Assembly: GCA_018304425.1 (NCBI GenBank)
Contig: JAGVWE010000005.1
Span: 137,145 to 201,144, forward strand
Length of the DNA stretch: 64,000 bases
From: Candidatus Iainarchaeum sp.
Lineage (GTDB): Archaea; Iainarchaeota; Iainarchaeia; Iainarchaeales; UBA10219
Direction of reading: 5' to 3'
Position 1 is the first letter of the stretch; the number at the start of each line of letters is the position of its first letter. This document shows positions 23,592 to 33,088 of this stretch, piece after piece. Position numbers and translations under genes: made by a program. The notes beneath the pieces are model-generated. The model saw only the letters and a list, made by a program, of their open reading frames with translations, was not told the origin of the DNA and ran no database searches.

Positions 23592-25354
23592 TTCACCGTC
23601 ACGCTTTTCGCGAGGTTGCGCGGCTTGTCCGGGTCATTCCCACGCAACACCGCGAGATAGTAGGCAAGCAATTGCACGGGCACGAGTTCCGCGATAGCGG
23701 AAGCGATGCCAAGGTCGGGCACGGGGAGGTGGAGGTCGAAGACCTCGTTGTCCTGGGGTGCCAGGCCGATGATGTAAGCCCCTCGCGACTTGACCTCCAT
23801 GGCGTTGCTCAGGACTTCTGCCTGGGTCTCATCGCAGGCAGCCAGGACGATGCAGGGGGTTCTCTTCTCGATGAGGGCTATGGGGCCATGCTTCAATTCC
23901 CCGCCGGCAAAGCCTTCGGCATGGATGTAGGAAACCTCCTGCAGCTTGATGGCGGATTCGAGGGCGATGGGATAGTGCAGGCCGCGGCCGATGATGTACA
24001 AGTTTTCCTTGGCCTTTATTTTCTGCGCAAGGGCCTTGAGCCGCTTGCACTGCGCATCATCCAGCGTCCGGGCCAGGGCGGCGCTTGCTATTTGAAGGGC
24101 TTTCCGGCCCTCGGCCAGGCGTCCGGCCGTGGCATAGGCCAGCAGGGCCAGCACGGCCAATTGGCCGGTGGCAGCCTTGGTGGAGGCCACGGCCTTCTCA
24201 GGGCCGGCGTTGATGAGCAGGTTGTAATCGGACTGGCGCATCATGGTGCTTCCGTACACGTTGAGGAGGGAGACCACTTTCGCGCCGCGTTTCTTGGCGA
24301 TGGAAAGGGCCTCGAGGGTGTCCGCCGTCTCCCCGCTTTGGGAGACGGCAATCACCAACGTGTCAGGCCCGACGAAGGGGGCGAAGTTCGGGAATTCCGA
24401 GCCCACGCAAAAGTGCGTCTGCCTGCCCGCGATCTTCGCGAACAGGTAGGTTCCCGCGAGGCACATCTTTCCGGCGGTGCCGCAGCCGACCAGCACCGTT
24501 TGCTTGGCACGGGTGATTAGTTGCGCGATTTTTTCGAGCTGCTCGTCGTCCTGCACCAGGGCACGAGAAACGGATTCGCGCTGCTCGAGGATTTCCTTGA
24601 GCATGAAGTGCGGGAACTTTCCCTTCTCTGCCTGTTCGGGCGTCCAGGAAATCTTCTGCGGCTTCACGGGCAGCTGCTTTCCGGAGCGAAGGTCAAATAA
24701 CCGGAGCGCGGAATCGATGAGGACAAGCTGCTGGTCGTCGAGGAACACGACCTGGTTGGTGTGGGGGAGGAAAGCCGGGATGTCGGAAGCGAGGAAGAAT
24801 TCGTCTTTGCCGAGGCCGGCCAGGAGCGGGGAACCATTTCGGGCGCCGATGAGCTGCCCGGAATCCGCGTCGAGGACGATAAAGGAATACCGGCCTTCGA
24901 GCAGCAGGCAGGTGTGCCGCACCGCGGTGGGGAAGTCGTCGCCTTTTTTCAGGAAGTCTTCGACGAGCAGGGGGATGGTCTCGGTGTCGGTCTGGGAGTG
25001 GAACGTGTAACCCGCGGCCTGCAGGCGCTTGCGCAGGGCCTGGTAGTTTTCCACGATGCCGTTGTGGGCCACGGCAATGCGCTTATTGTTGGACAAGTGG
25101 GGGTGGGCATTGGACTGGGTTACCCCCCCGTGGGTGGCCCATCTCGTGTGGCCCAGGGCCAGGTTTGCCTCAGGCAACGCCTTAAACCCCTTGAAATTGC
25201 CTATCTTGCCCACGTTTTTCTTTACTTGGAGGCCCGTTCCATCGAGAAAAGCGATGCCCCAGGAATCATATCCACGGTATTCGAGGGTTTTAAGGCCTTC
25301 CAAGACGATGGATACAGCCTGGTCTCCGCCTTTATAGCCAATGATTCCACACAT
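23588..25354 (-). CDS. glmS: Glutamine--fructose-6-phosphate aminotransferase
   Basis: N-terminal nucleophile MCGIIGY, two SIS domains, C-terminus ...LAKSVTVK. Confidence 0.95.
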   Translation of the reverse strand: MCGIIGYKGGDQAVSIVLEGLKTLEYRGYDSWGIAFLDGTGLQVKKNVGKIGNFKGFKALPEANLALGHTRWATHGGVTQSNAHPHLSNNKRIAVAHNGIVENYQALRKRLQAAGYTFHSQTDTETIPLLVEDFLKKGDDFPTAVRHTCLLLEGRYSFIVLDADSGQLIGARNGSPLLAGLGKDEFFLASDIPAFLPHTNQVVFLDDQQLVLIDSALRLFDLRSGKQLPVKPQKISWTPEQAEKGKFPHFMLKEILEQRESVSRALVQDDEQLEKIAQLITRAKQTVLVGCGTAGKMCLAGTYLFAKIAGRQTHFCVGSEFPNFAPFVGPDTLVIAVSQSGETADTLEALSIAKKRGAKVVSLLNVYGSTMMRQSDYNLLINAGPEKAVASTKAATGQLAVLALLAYATAGRLAEGRKALQIASAALARTLDDAQCKRLKALAQKIKAKENLYIIGRGLHYPIALESAIKLQEVSYIHAEGFAGGELKHGPIALIEKRTPCIVLAACDETQAEVLSNAMEVKSRGAYIIGLAPQDNEVFDLHLPVPDLGIASAIAELVPVQLLAYYLAVLRGNDPDKPRNLAKSVTVK

Positions 25355-25544
25355 GGGGGTTGCACCGCAAAATAAGAAGCAATGGAACTATTCTGGGGCA
25401 TTAGAGTTTAAATACCCCGTTGAAAGCCCATTACAGCCAGTATAAGCCTGGGCATAACGGAAACCCCAAGGCTTTTAAAGACTAACTACACTAATACTAA
25501 CTAACCCATAATAGTAGTATAACAAAACTTGTAATGGTGAATGC

Positions 25545-26501
25545 GTGGCGGATTTCCTGTTGTTGGATGGCGAGAAGCGCGTGCCCACCAAGCGCGTGGA
25601 CTCCGTGGAAGCCTTGAAGCCCCTGCTGAACGAGTCGGCCTGGCAAATCGTGAAACTCCTGCGCAGGCAGGAATCCTATCCCGCGGAAATCGCGAAAAAA
25701 CTGGGCCTCAACGAGCAAACCGTTTACTACTATGTCAAGCAGCTGAAAGCCAGCGGCTTGATTGAGGTGTCACGCACCGAGGAAAAGCAGGGCGCGCTCG
25801 CGAAATTCTTCCGCTGCAACTATGACTCGTTTTCCCTCGTGGCCTCGGCCGAGAACGCGAGAAAAGCGGAGTTCACGTCCTCGCCTGGCACGGCCAAGCA
25901 ACTCGAACCCGCGCTCAAGGAATTCCTGGAGCCCTTCATCACCGAGGGCGGGCGGTTCGACGCCAAAATCGTGGTCGGCAGCCCTGACCCGCATGGGGAG
26001 TTGAAGGCGCGGGCGCGCGACGGCCACCTGGCCGTTGAACTCGCGGCCTTCCTGGGCTCGCTCTGCAACGAAATAAACTATCCCCTCATCTACTTGGACA
26101 CGCAGATTCCCTCGGTCGAGAAAGAGAACTCGAACCTGATCCTCCTCGGCGGCCCCATCACGAACCGGTTGGCCGAGGAACTCAACGAGCATTTGAGCAT
26201 CCGGTTTGCCTCCAGCGGCGGCCAGTGGCTCGTGAAATCCAAGGCCAGCGACAAGGAGTATGCCGAGGACGCGACCGGCTTCATCGAGAAAATCAGGCAC
26301 CCCTCCTATCCCAACCGCGCCATCCTCGTCATCGCCGGCAAACGCAATGCGGGCACGCGGGCCGCCATCATCGGGTTAATCAAGCAAACCCATGAAATGG
26401 CGAAACCCAACAAATTCGACGAGCGCCTGCACGCCCGCATAGTGGAGGGCCTGGACCTGGATGGAGACGGCATCATCGACGACGTCGAAATAAAGGAGTA
26501 G
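25545..26501 (+). CDS. ArsR/TrmB-like wHTH protein with an unknown C-terminal domain of about 220 aa
   Basis: wHTH is QIVKLLRRQESYPAEIAKKLGLNEQTVYYYVKQLKASGLIE. GTG start at 25545. Confidence 0.7.
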   Translation: MADFLLLDGEKRVPTKRVDSVEALKPLLNESAWQIVKLLRRQESYPAEIAKKLGLNEQTVYYYVKQLKASGLIEVSRTEEKQGALAKFFRCNYDSFSLVASAENARKAEFTSSPGTAKQLEPALKEFLEPFITEGGRFDAKIVVGSPDPHGELKARARDGHLAVELAAFLGSLCNEINYPLIYLDTQIPSVEKENSNLILLGGPITNRLAEELNEHLSIRFASSGGQWLVKSKASDKEYAEDATGFIEKIRHPSYPNRAILVIAGKRNAGTRAAIIGLIKQTHEMAKPNKFDERLHARIVEGLDLDGDGIIDDVEIKE

Positions 26502-26527
26502 AAACGACCCAGGCGCCTTCAGCTGGC

Positions 26528-27265
26528 TTAGTCCAGCAGGTTCTTCCAGCTCTTGCCCTTCCGCTTCTTGAGGTTGACGGCTCCGACCAAGGCATCGAAC
26601 ATGTCCTGGTTGGCGAGCGCGGCGCGCTCGATGGGGGCCTTGAAGCCCAAGCCAATTGCCAGTCCCACGCCCAAGCCGACCGCGATGACGATGGTGATCA
26701 TGGCGAGGCGCAGGATGTCCAACAAAATCGTGGTCTCGGCTGCCGGCAGGATGATGGGCAAGGCAATGATGATGCCCACGTAAATGACGAATATCTCCAC
26801 GAAGCTCGCGACCTGGTCCTTGAAGGCGAAGATGCCGCGCCTCCGGATCTTCTCGGAAATGAAGTCCCCGAGGAACAGGGTGCCGACCAGCACGGCAATG
26901 CCCTCGATGAGGTTCGGCACGTAGTTCATGATGGAGGCCACGATGTTGCTGAAGTAAGCCAATCCAACCAGGTCGGTGGCCGTGCCGAAGAACAGCAACG
27001 CGATGTAGAGTTCAACGAGGATCGTGATTATTTCCGTGAGCCTGAAGCCCAGCAGGGCGTCTCCGAGGCCGTGCCCGGCAATGGTTTCCTCGAGCTTGAT
27101 GGCCCGCGAAATCCGGCGGATGAGGATGGTCGTGTACTTGCCCACGATTTTGCTGACCAGGAAAAAAGCGACTAAAACGATTAAGGCAATGATGGAGTTC
27201 TGCGCGTACCCAATGACCTGCGAAGTCATGGCCCCAAAATCCAAGTTAGTCAACCCAACAGCCAT
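26528..27265 (-). CDS. Membrane protein with repeated TM-helix units (possibly mechanosensitive-channel related)
   Basis: 245 aa, about 6 hydrophobic helices in a repeated pattern. The function call is tentative. Confidence 0.55.
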   Translation of the reverse strand: MAVGLTNLDFGAMTSQVIGYAQNSIIALIVLVAFFLVSKIVGKYTTILIRRISRAIKLEETIAGHGLGDALLGFRLTEIITILVELYIALLFFGTATDLVGLAYFSNIVASIMNYVPNLIEGIAVLVGTLFLGDFISEKIRRRGIFAFKDQVASFVEIFVIYVGIIIALPIILPAAETTILLDILRLAMITIVIAVGLGVGLAIGLGFKAPIERAALANQDMFDALVGAVNLKKRKGKSWKNLLD

Positions 27266-27336
27266 AGTAAACCCATCTAATCAAGTCATTTAATAGGATT
27301 TAACCGCTTAAAAACATATCGTCCGGGTGTTTTGGC

Positions 27337-27609
27337 GTGGAATGGAGTGAATTCGGGATGCGGCCCTGCAAGAACCGCCTGGCATTCGACGTGGTGCCCA
27401 GGCAAAGGCTTTCCCTGGACTGGCAGACAACCTGCCAGCGGCTGCGCGCCAATGGCCTGGAAGTGGAAGCCGAAACCCCCCGGTTGGTTCTGGTGCGGGT
27501 GCAAGGCAAACCGGTTTGCCTCTACCCGGACGGCCGGTTCCAGGTGCGGCAGGCCCGGGATGCCGTGGAAGCGAAAGCCGTCGCCGTCGCGGTTATCGGC
27601 TGCCTTTAA
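27337..27609 (+). CDS. Small hypothetical protein
   Basis: 90-aa ORF with a GTG start 22 nt after a TTAAAAAC box. The competing 480-aa minus ORF (27286..28728) is antisense to the M50 protease gene and looks like a shadow. Confidence 0.4.
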   Translation: MEWSEFGMRPCKNRLAFDVVPRQRLSLDWQTTCQRLRANGLEVEAETPRLVLVRVQGKPVCLYPDGRFQVRQARDAVEAKAVAVAVIGCL

Positions 27610-27648
27610 GGCAATGGAATTAAAAAGCGCTGCCACCCCAGCCATGGT

Positions 27649-28767
27649 ATGGCTGGCCTGAAACTGGGAAGCGTTTTCGGCATTGGCGTCGAACTGCACC
27701 CCACCTTCGTGTGGCTGTTTGCAGCGCTCGCCGTGTTCCTGCTGGTCTTTGACGCCGCGAGTTTCGTGCCCAGCATGGTCATGCTGGTCTTCCTCTTCGT
27801 CAGCGTGTTCGTCCACGAGTTGTTCCACTCCCTGGTCGCCTTGTCCAAGCACGTGCGCGTGGAAAAAATCGTGTTGCTGCCGATTGGCGGCATCTCCATG
27901 GCCGAGGAAATGCCTGAAAAGCCGTTGGACGAGTTCCTGGTGGCCATCGCCGGGCCGTTGTTCAATTTCCTGGTCGTGTTCCTCATCCTCTTCCTGGTAG
28001 CAGTGGTGCCCGGCCTGCCGTGGCCGCACGCGTTGTTCTCCGGCCAAGCCGATTACGCCCTGGTCGAGGAAGCCATGCTGGCCTATCCCCTCTTCGCCTT
28101 GCTGTGGGTGAACCTGATGCTGGGCGCGTTCAATCTCTTCGTGCCCGCGCTGCCCATGGACGGGGGAAGGGTGTTGCGCGCGCTCCTCTCCATGGTCATG
28201 GGCCACGCCAAGGCCACCGCGCTTGCCTCCAAGATTAGCCTGGGCTTTGCTTTCCTGATGGCGTTGCTGGGCTTGCTGGGCGGCAGCCTCATGCTGGTCG
28301 TCATCGCGGTGTTCCTCTACTTTGGCGCCACCTATGAACGCGACCTCACGGCCATGAAGGAAACCATTCGCGGCGCGGACTACGGGAAAATCGTGTCGAA
28401 AAAGTTTTCCGCCGTGGACGAGGGCATGCGGTTCGAGGACGCGCTCAAGGCCATGGCCGAAAAAAACACGGGCCTGCTCCTCGTGAAAGGCGGCACGGGC
28501 ATTGGCTACCTCTCGACCGATGACTTGCTGGCCGTGGAGAAATCCAAGCGCCTGGGCGCCTTGACCGTTGGCCAACTGGCAAAGCGGCTGCCGGTCTTCG
28601 AAGCCGGAACCCCGGCCGAGAAGCTCATGGGCTTCTTCGCCTCCAAGGGCGTGCCCGTGGTCGGCATTTCCAGGGGCAAAAAGCTGTCCGGCCTCCTCTT
28701 CCAAGCCGATTTGGACGCCCTCTACCAATTGACAAAGTTGAAAAAGAAGTTCGATTTACAGTATTGA
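27649..28767 (+). CDS. Site-2 protease family (M50) zinc metalloprotease with a C-terminal CBS pair
   Basis: HELFHSLVA (HExxH) in a TM helix, NLFVPALPMDGGRVLRA (the second metal-ligand motif), then two CBS-like repeats. Confidence 0.88.
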   Translation: MAGLKLGSVFGIGVELHPTFVWLFAALAVFLLVFDAASFVPSMVMLVFLFVSVFVHELFHSLVALSKHVRVEKIVLLPIGGISMAEEMPEKPLDEFLVAIAGPLFNFLVVFLILFLVAVVPGLPWPHALFSGQADYALVEEAMLAYPLFALLWVNLMLGAFNLFVPALPMDGGRVLRALLSMVMGHAKATALASKISLGFAFLMALLGLLGGSLMLVVIAVFLYFGATYERDLTAMKETIRGADYGKIVSKKFSAVDEGMRFEDALKAMAEKNTGLLLVKGGTGIGYLSTDDLLAVEKSKRLGALTVGQLAKRLPVFEAGTPAEKLMGFFASKGVPVVGISRGKKLSGLLFQADLDALYQLTKLKKKFDLQY

Positions 28768-28837
28768 CGGCGACGGCCGGTGAAAGCTGGCCTTTTCCCC
28801 GGAGCAAGAGCGAAGGGGCAGGAAGCGTGGTTGGCGG

Positions 28838-28899
28838 CATATTTATGTCCCGCCGCAGGCGGGACGACGTATGCGGTGCCGGCTGACGCCTCGTCAGCC
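28838..28899 (+). repeat. Family A element, short form, 5' of tRNA-Ser(CGA)
   Basis: CATATTTAT, GTCCCGCC-GCA-GGCGGGAC, GACGTATGCGGTG, CGGCTGACG-CCT-CGTCAGCC(G). The final G of the second stem is tRNA nt +1. Confidence 0.75.
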
Positions 28900-28984
28900 G
28901 CGGAGATGGCGGAATCTGGTAAACGCACTCGCCTCGAGAGCGAGAGCCCGCAAGGGCGCGTGGGTTCAAATCCCACTCTCCGCG
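28900..28984 (+). tRNA. tRNA-Ser (anticodon CGA), type II
   Basis: Acceptor GCGGAGA/TCTCCGC, anticodon arm CTCGC-CTCGAGA-GCGAG, long variable arm, T arm GTGGG-TTCAAAT-CCCAC, discriminator G, followed by CTTTTT. Confidence 0.9.
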
Positions 28985-29041
28985 CTTTTTCCTGCCTTTG
29001 GCTGGAAACAATTAAATAGTTTGAGAGGCATAGGTAAATAC

Positions 29042-29266
29042 ATGCGGCAAAAGACTAGAGCCTTTACGGCTGTTGTGGTAAAGGAAGACGACCTGTTTGT
29101 TGCCGAGTGTCCCGAGGTTGGCACGGCCAGCCAAGGGCACACGATTGCGGAAGCAGTCAAGAACCTGAAGCTGGCCACCGAACTCTATCTGGAGGAATTT
29201 CCCGAAAAGGGGAAAGCTCACTCCGTGCTGACGAAGTTCGAGGTGGCCGCGGTTGCCAAGACTTAA
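29042..29266 (+). CDS. hicB: HicB-family antitoxin (UPF0150-like)
   Basis: 74 aa: FTAVVVKEDDLFVAECPEVGTASQGHTIAEAVKNLKLATELYLEE, the typical HicB N-terminal fold. Start trimmed to ATG 29042 because the ORF upstream overlaps the tRNA. Confidence 0.8.
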   Translation: MRQKTRAFTAVVVKEDDLFVAECPEVGTASQGHTIAEAVKNLKLATELYLEEFPEKGKAHSVLTKFEVAAVAKT

Positions 29267-29483
29267 ACCTGTTTCTGGCTTCGAGTGCCTGAAGATTTTG
29301 TGCAACAAGTTTGGCTTTGGCGTCGCGCGACAGAGCGGTGACCACGTCGTGCTCAAAAAGGAGACGCCTCAAGGCAGAATCGGCACGGTCATCCCCCTGC
29401 ATCGCGAACTCAAAAGGAGAACCCTCCGGCGGGCATTGCAACTCGCCAAAGTCACGGAAGAGGAATTTGCGAAATATCTCTGA
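29253..29483 (+). CDS. hicA: HicA-family mRNA interferase toxin
   Basis: 76 aa: KPVSGFECLKILCNKFGFGVARQSGDHVVLKK...GTVIPLHRELKRRTLRRALQ, a YcfA/HicA-like dsRBD fold with the conserved His. Overlaps hicB by 14 nt. Confidence 0.8.
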   Translation: MPRLKPVSGFECLKILCNKFGFGVARQSGDHVVLKKETPQGRIGTVIPLHRELKRRTLRRALQLAKVTEEEFAKYL

Positions 29484-29524
29484 AGTCCGCTGCCGTTAAC
29501 CATTTAACCCCTTCCGGCTTTGGG

Positions 29525-30946
29525 TTGGACATGAAGTATGCCCGTGAGCTCTTGATGGTCTTGTTGATGGGGGCCGTGCTCCGGTTTGCGCCCGTGCTGT
29601 TCTACGGCGTGCCCTTGAGCTATGATGCTCCCTTTCATTTGACGCGGGCCTGGGAAACCATTTACTCGGGTTCCCTGAACCGAGCCGAATTCTATCCCCC
29701 CCTGTACCGCCTGCTGTTGGCCGGCATCCAGATGGCCACCGGCTTTGACCTGGTGTGGGTGGGCGCGGTGCTGTTGCCCTTGTTTTCCACGCTCACGGTT
29801 TTGAGCGTGTTCGCCTTCGTGCGCGCCCTGGCTGGCCCGAGAATGGCCTTACTGGCCTCGCTCCTGATTGCATGGGGCGCGCCCCTCCTCGCGGCCGCCT
29901 ACGACAGCCCCGAAAACATCGTCCTCTTCCTCCTGCCCGCCGGCTTCCTCCTCTACCGGCACGACCGAAAGGCACTAGCCCCCCTCGTGATTGCCTCGGC
30001 CATCCTCTGGAACCAGTTGGCGGCCCTCGTCGTGGTGGCGTCCTTTACCGCCGCCTACTACCGGCACTGGCGCAGCATGCGCCACTTCGCCGTGGCCGCC
30101 CTGGCCTTCCTCGGCGTATACCTTTTCTCCGTGGACTGGAAGCTGGTCGCCGGGCAAAGCATTTCCGCTGGCATGGCCTTCATCCAATTCAACCTACGCG
30201 AGGCTTTGCCGGTCATGGCCCTGGCCTCCCTGGCCTTCGCGGTGCCCCTCCTCTACGCGTGCCAGGCCAAGCGCGCCATCGCGGGCTGGACGCGGTTCTG
30301 GTTCTACTGGTTCACGCTTTCAACCCTGGGCGTGGCCTCCTACGCCGCCAGCACCTTCCTCCGCCCCTGGGAGCACGTGAAGTTCCTGTTCTATTCGGGC
30401 GCAGTGCTGCTCTCCCTGGTGCGGGGCGAGCAGAAGTTCAGGGCCTTCGCCTACATCTTGACGGCCTTCCTCTTCCTTTCCGCGGTCATCGTTTCCTTTC
30501 AACTGGTCTACCCCAAGATGCAGCAACACGACTTTCCCGCCATCGAGTTCCTGGAATTCCGGGCCCGGCAAAACCAGGGCCTCATTTTGGCCGAGCCCAG
30601 CCTCAGCCAATGGATTGCGTTTGCCACGGGCCTCGACGACCGGCTGCTGACTTCCCTCCACTTCGAGGCCGCCAAGACAGGCAGCCGCTTCCAAGAGGGC
30701 CTGGGCTTCCTGCAATCCCAGGGAACCGGCTCTGAACGCTCCCTGCAGGAACTGGGCGTGAAGTACGTGGTGCTGAACTTCGAAGACGAAAGACTGCGGG
30801 GCGTGAACGGCATCGAGTCCAAGCCCTACCTCAACAAAGTGTATTCCGTGGAATACTTTTCGGGCTGCCCCTTTGGCTTCCTGCCCAGGCTATGGGGCCT
30901 GGCCTGCGGTTGGAACCAGGCGGAAGTCCTGGAAACCAGGGAGTGA
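29525..30946 (+). CDS. Polytopic membrane protein, GT-C-type glycosyltransferase-like (tentative)
   Basis: At least 10 TM helices over about 330 aa, followed by a soluble C-terminal domain. The architecture resembles ArnT/PMT-like enzymes. ATG 29531 is an alternative start. Confidence 0.55.
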   Translation: MDMKYARELLMVLLMGAVLRFAPVLFYGVPLSYDAPFHLTRAWETIYSGSLNRAEFYPPLYRLLLAGIQMATGFDLVWVGAVLLPLFSTLTVLSVFAFVRALAGPRMALLASLLIAWGAPLLAAAYDSPENIVLFLLPAGFLLYRHDRKALAPLVIASAILWNQLAALVVVASFTAAYYRHWRSMRHFAVAALAFLGVYLFSVDWKLVAGQSISAGMAFIQFNLREALPVMALASLAFAVPLLYACQAKRAIAGWTRFWFYWFTLSTLGVASYAASTFLRPWEHVKFLFYSGAVLLSLVRGEQKFRAFAYILTAFLFLSAVIVSFQLVYPKMQQHDFPAIEFLEFRARQNQGLILAEPSLSQWIAFATGLDDRLLTSLHFEAAKTGSRFQEGLGFLQSQGTGSERSLQELGVKYVVLNFEDERLRGVNGIESKPYLNKVYSVEYFSGCPFGFLPRLWGLACGWNQAEVLETRE

Positions 30947-30952
30947 AAGGAA

Positions 30953-32128
30953 ATGACGGAACCCTTCGCGGAACGCGTGTCAAAAGCGGAAGCCAACCCC
31001 ATCTTCGAAGTAATCAAGAAAGCCAGGGACTTGAAGGCGCAAGGCAAACCCGTGCTCCGCTTCGACGTCGGCGAAACCGATTTTCCCACTCCTGAAAACG
31101 TGAAGGCCGCGGCCAAGAAGGCGCTCGACGAGAACTTCACGTATTACACGCCGGCCGAGGGCATCAAGGAATTGCGGCAGGCGATTGCGGAAAAACTGGG
31201 AAAGGCGAATGACATCCCGGCTTCCTGGGAAGAAGTCATGGCCACGGTCGGCGGCAAGCAGGCCCTCTTCAACGCCACTCAGGCCCTGCTCCAGGAAGGC
31301 GACGAATGCGTGCTGGGCCTGCCTTACTGGGTTTCGCACCTCGAGCAAATCAAGCTGGCCTCCGCCACCCCAGTCCTCGTGCAAACCGACGAGCGATTCA
31401 AGTTGCGCGCGGAGGACATGGAGGAGGCGTTGACACCGCGCACCAAGATGGTGATTCTCTCCAGCCCCTCCAATCCAACCGGAGCCGTGATGGACGAAAA
31501 GGACTTGAAGCGGGTGGCGGCGCTCGCGGTCGAAAGAAATTTCTGGCTGGTCTCCGACGAAGTGTACGAGCCCTTCGTGTTCGACGGGAAAAAGCATTTC
31601 TCGCCTGCCTCGTTCGGCGCCGAGGTGCGCGCGCACACGATTACCGTGAACGCGTTCTCGAAGACCTATGCCATGACCGGCTGGAGGCTGGGCTATGCCC
31701 ATGCCCCCAAAGAAGTCATCAAGCGGATGGCGTACGTGCAAGGCCATTCAACCAGTCACCCGGACAGCCTGGCTCAAAAGGCCGGCCTCGAAGCCCTGCG
31801 CGGGCCCCAGGACTCGGTCAAGGAAATGGTGCGCGTCTTCGAGGAACGACGGAACGCCTTGGTGGCCAGGCTCAAGAAGCTCCCTGGCTTCAAGGTCGTG
31901 AACCCCGAAGGGGCTTTCTACGCCTTCCCCGACGTGCGCGGCTGCTTCGGCGGAAAAGTGCGTTCAGGGCTTGAACTGGCCAATTACCTGGTGGACCAGG
32001 CCCTGGTCACGGTGGTGCCAGGCGAGGCCTGCGGCAGCAAGAACCACGTGCGCTTGTGCTATGCCACGCCCGTTTCCGTCATCCACGAGGCCATGGACCG
32101 GGTTGAAAAGGCGTTGAAGGAACTGTGA
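30953..32128 (+). CDS. aspC: Aspartate/aromatic aminotransferase (class I PLP enzyme)
   Basis: PSNPTG and the PLP-lysine motif FSKTYAMTGWRLGY. Confidence 0.9.
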   Translation: MTEPFAERVSKAEANPIFEVIKKARDLKAQGKPVLRFDVGETDFPTPENVKAAAKKALDENFTYYTPAEGIKELRQAIAEKLGKANDIPASWEEVMATVGGKQALFNATQALLQEGDECVLGLPYWVSHLEQIKLASATPVLVQTDERFKLRAEDMEEALTPRTKMVILSSPSNPTGAVMDEKDLKRVAALAVERNFWLVSDEVYEPFVFDGKKHFSPASFGAEVRAHTITVNAFSKTYAMTGWRLGYAHAPKEVIKRMAYVQGHSTSHPDSLAQKAGLEALRGPQDSVKEMVRVFEERRNALVARLKKLPGFKVVNPEGAFYAFPDVRGCFGGKVRSGLELANYLVDQALVTVVPGEACGSKNHVRLCYATPVSVIHEAMDRVEKALKEL

Positions 32129-32146
32129 ACCCGTTTCCGGTGCCAA

Positions 32147-33070
32147 TCAGATGCCTGTTTCCTTGACGGCTTTCCGGGTTTCCTCTGCTGACTTGCGGAG
32201 CAAGGCCAGCTCTTCGCTGGATAACTTTAATTCGGTGATTTTTTCAAGGCCTTTTTTGCCTAAAACGCAGGGAACCCCGACAAACACGCCGTGCAAACCG
32301 TATTCTCCTTCGAGGTAGGCCGAACAGGGGAGGGTTTTCTTTTTGTTTTTCACGATGGCTTCCACCATTTCCGTGATGGCTGCCGCGGGAGCGAAAAAAG
32401 CCGAGCCCGTTTTTAGGTGAGCCACGATTTCGGCTCCGGCCTGCTGGGTGTGTTCAATGATTTCAGCCAGCTTCCGCTTGGACAAGAGTTTTTCAACGGG
32501 TTTCCCTCCAACCCTTGTATGCCGGGTCAAGGGCACCATGTTGTCGCCGTGGCTGCCCAACACCGTCGAGTAAACGTGTTTGGCGGGAATGCCCAGCTCT
32601 TTGCCGATAAAGTAACTCATCCGGGAGGAGTCCAGCAATCCGGACATGCCGATGAGCCTCTGCCTTGGAAAGCCCAGCGCCTTTTTTGCCACCATGCACA
32701 GGACGTCCAAGGGGTTGGTCACCACGATGACGATGCAGTTCTTGGCAGCGGATTTTTTGATGTGCCTGCATACTTCTTCGACGATCCGCTTGTTGGTGTT
32801 CAGCAGGTCCAGCCTCGACATGCCGGGCTTCCTCGGCACACCGGCTGTAATGACGGCGATTTCCGCGCCGGCCATGCATCGGAAGTCATTGCAGCCGAGA
32901 ACGGAGTGCTCGAAACCCAGCAGGGGCGAGGCCTCCATCAAGTCCAGGGCATGCCCTTGCGGCAGGCCCTCCACCAGGTCAACGAGAATGATGTCTCCCA
33001 GGTTCTTGAATGCCATCAGGAAGGCGGCCGTGGAACCGACCTTTCCCGCCCCAATAATGGCTATCTTCAA
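32147..33070 (-). CDS. mdh: Malate (LDH-like) dehydrogenase
   Basis: Rossmann motif MKIAIIGAGKVGS. Catalytic region GSHGDNMVP. Length 307 aa. Confidence 0.88.
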   Translation of the reverse strand: MKIAIIGAGKVGSTAAFLMAFKNLGDIILVDLVEGLPQGHALDLMEASPLLGFEHSVLGCNDFRCMAGAEIAVITAGVPRKPGMSRLDLLNTNKRIVEEVCRHIKKSAAKNCIVIVVTNPLDVLCMVAKKALGFPRQRLIGMSGLLDSSRMSYFIGKELGIPAKHVYSTVLGSHGDNMVPLTRHTRVGGKPVEKLLSKRKLAEIIEHTQQAGAEIVAHLKTGSAFFAPAAAITEMVEAIVKNKKKTLPCSAYLEGEYGLHGVFVGVPCVLGKKGLEKITELKLSSEELALLRKSAEETRKAVKETGI

Positions 33071-33088
33071 GCAAAACCCTCAAGCAAT

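Noticed and set aside
27286-28728. 480-aa minus-strand ORF
   Set aside because: It is antisense to the well-supported M50 protease/CBS gene (HExxH, LDG motifs). It is His/Gln/Gly/Glu-rich and low in complexity.
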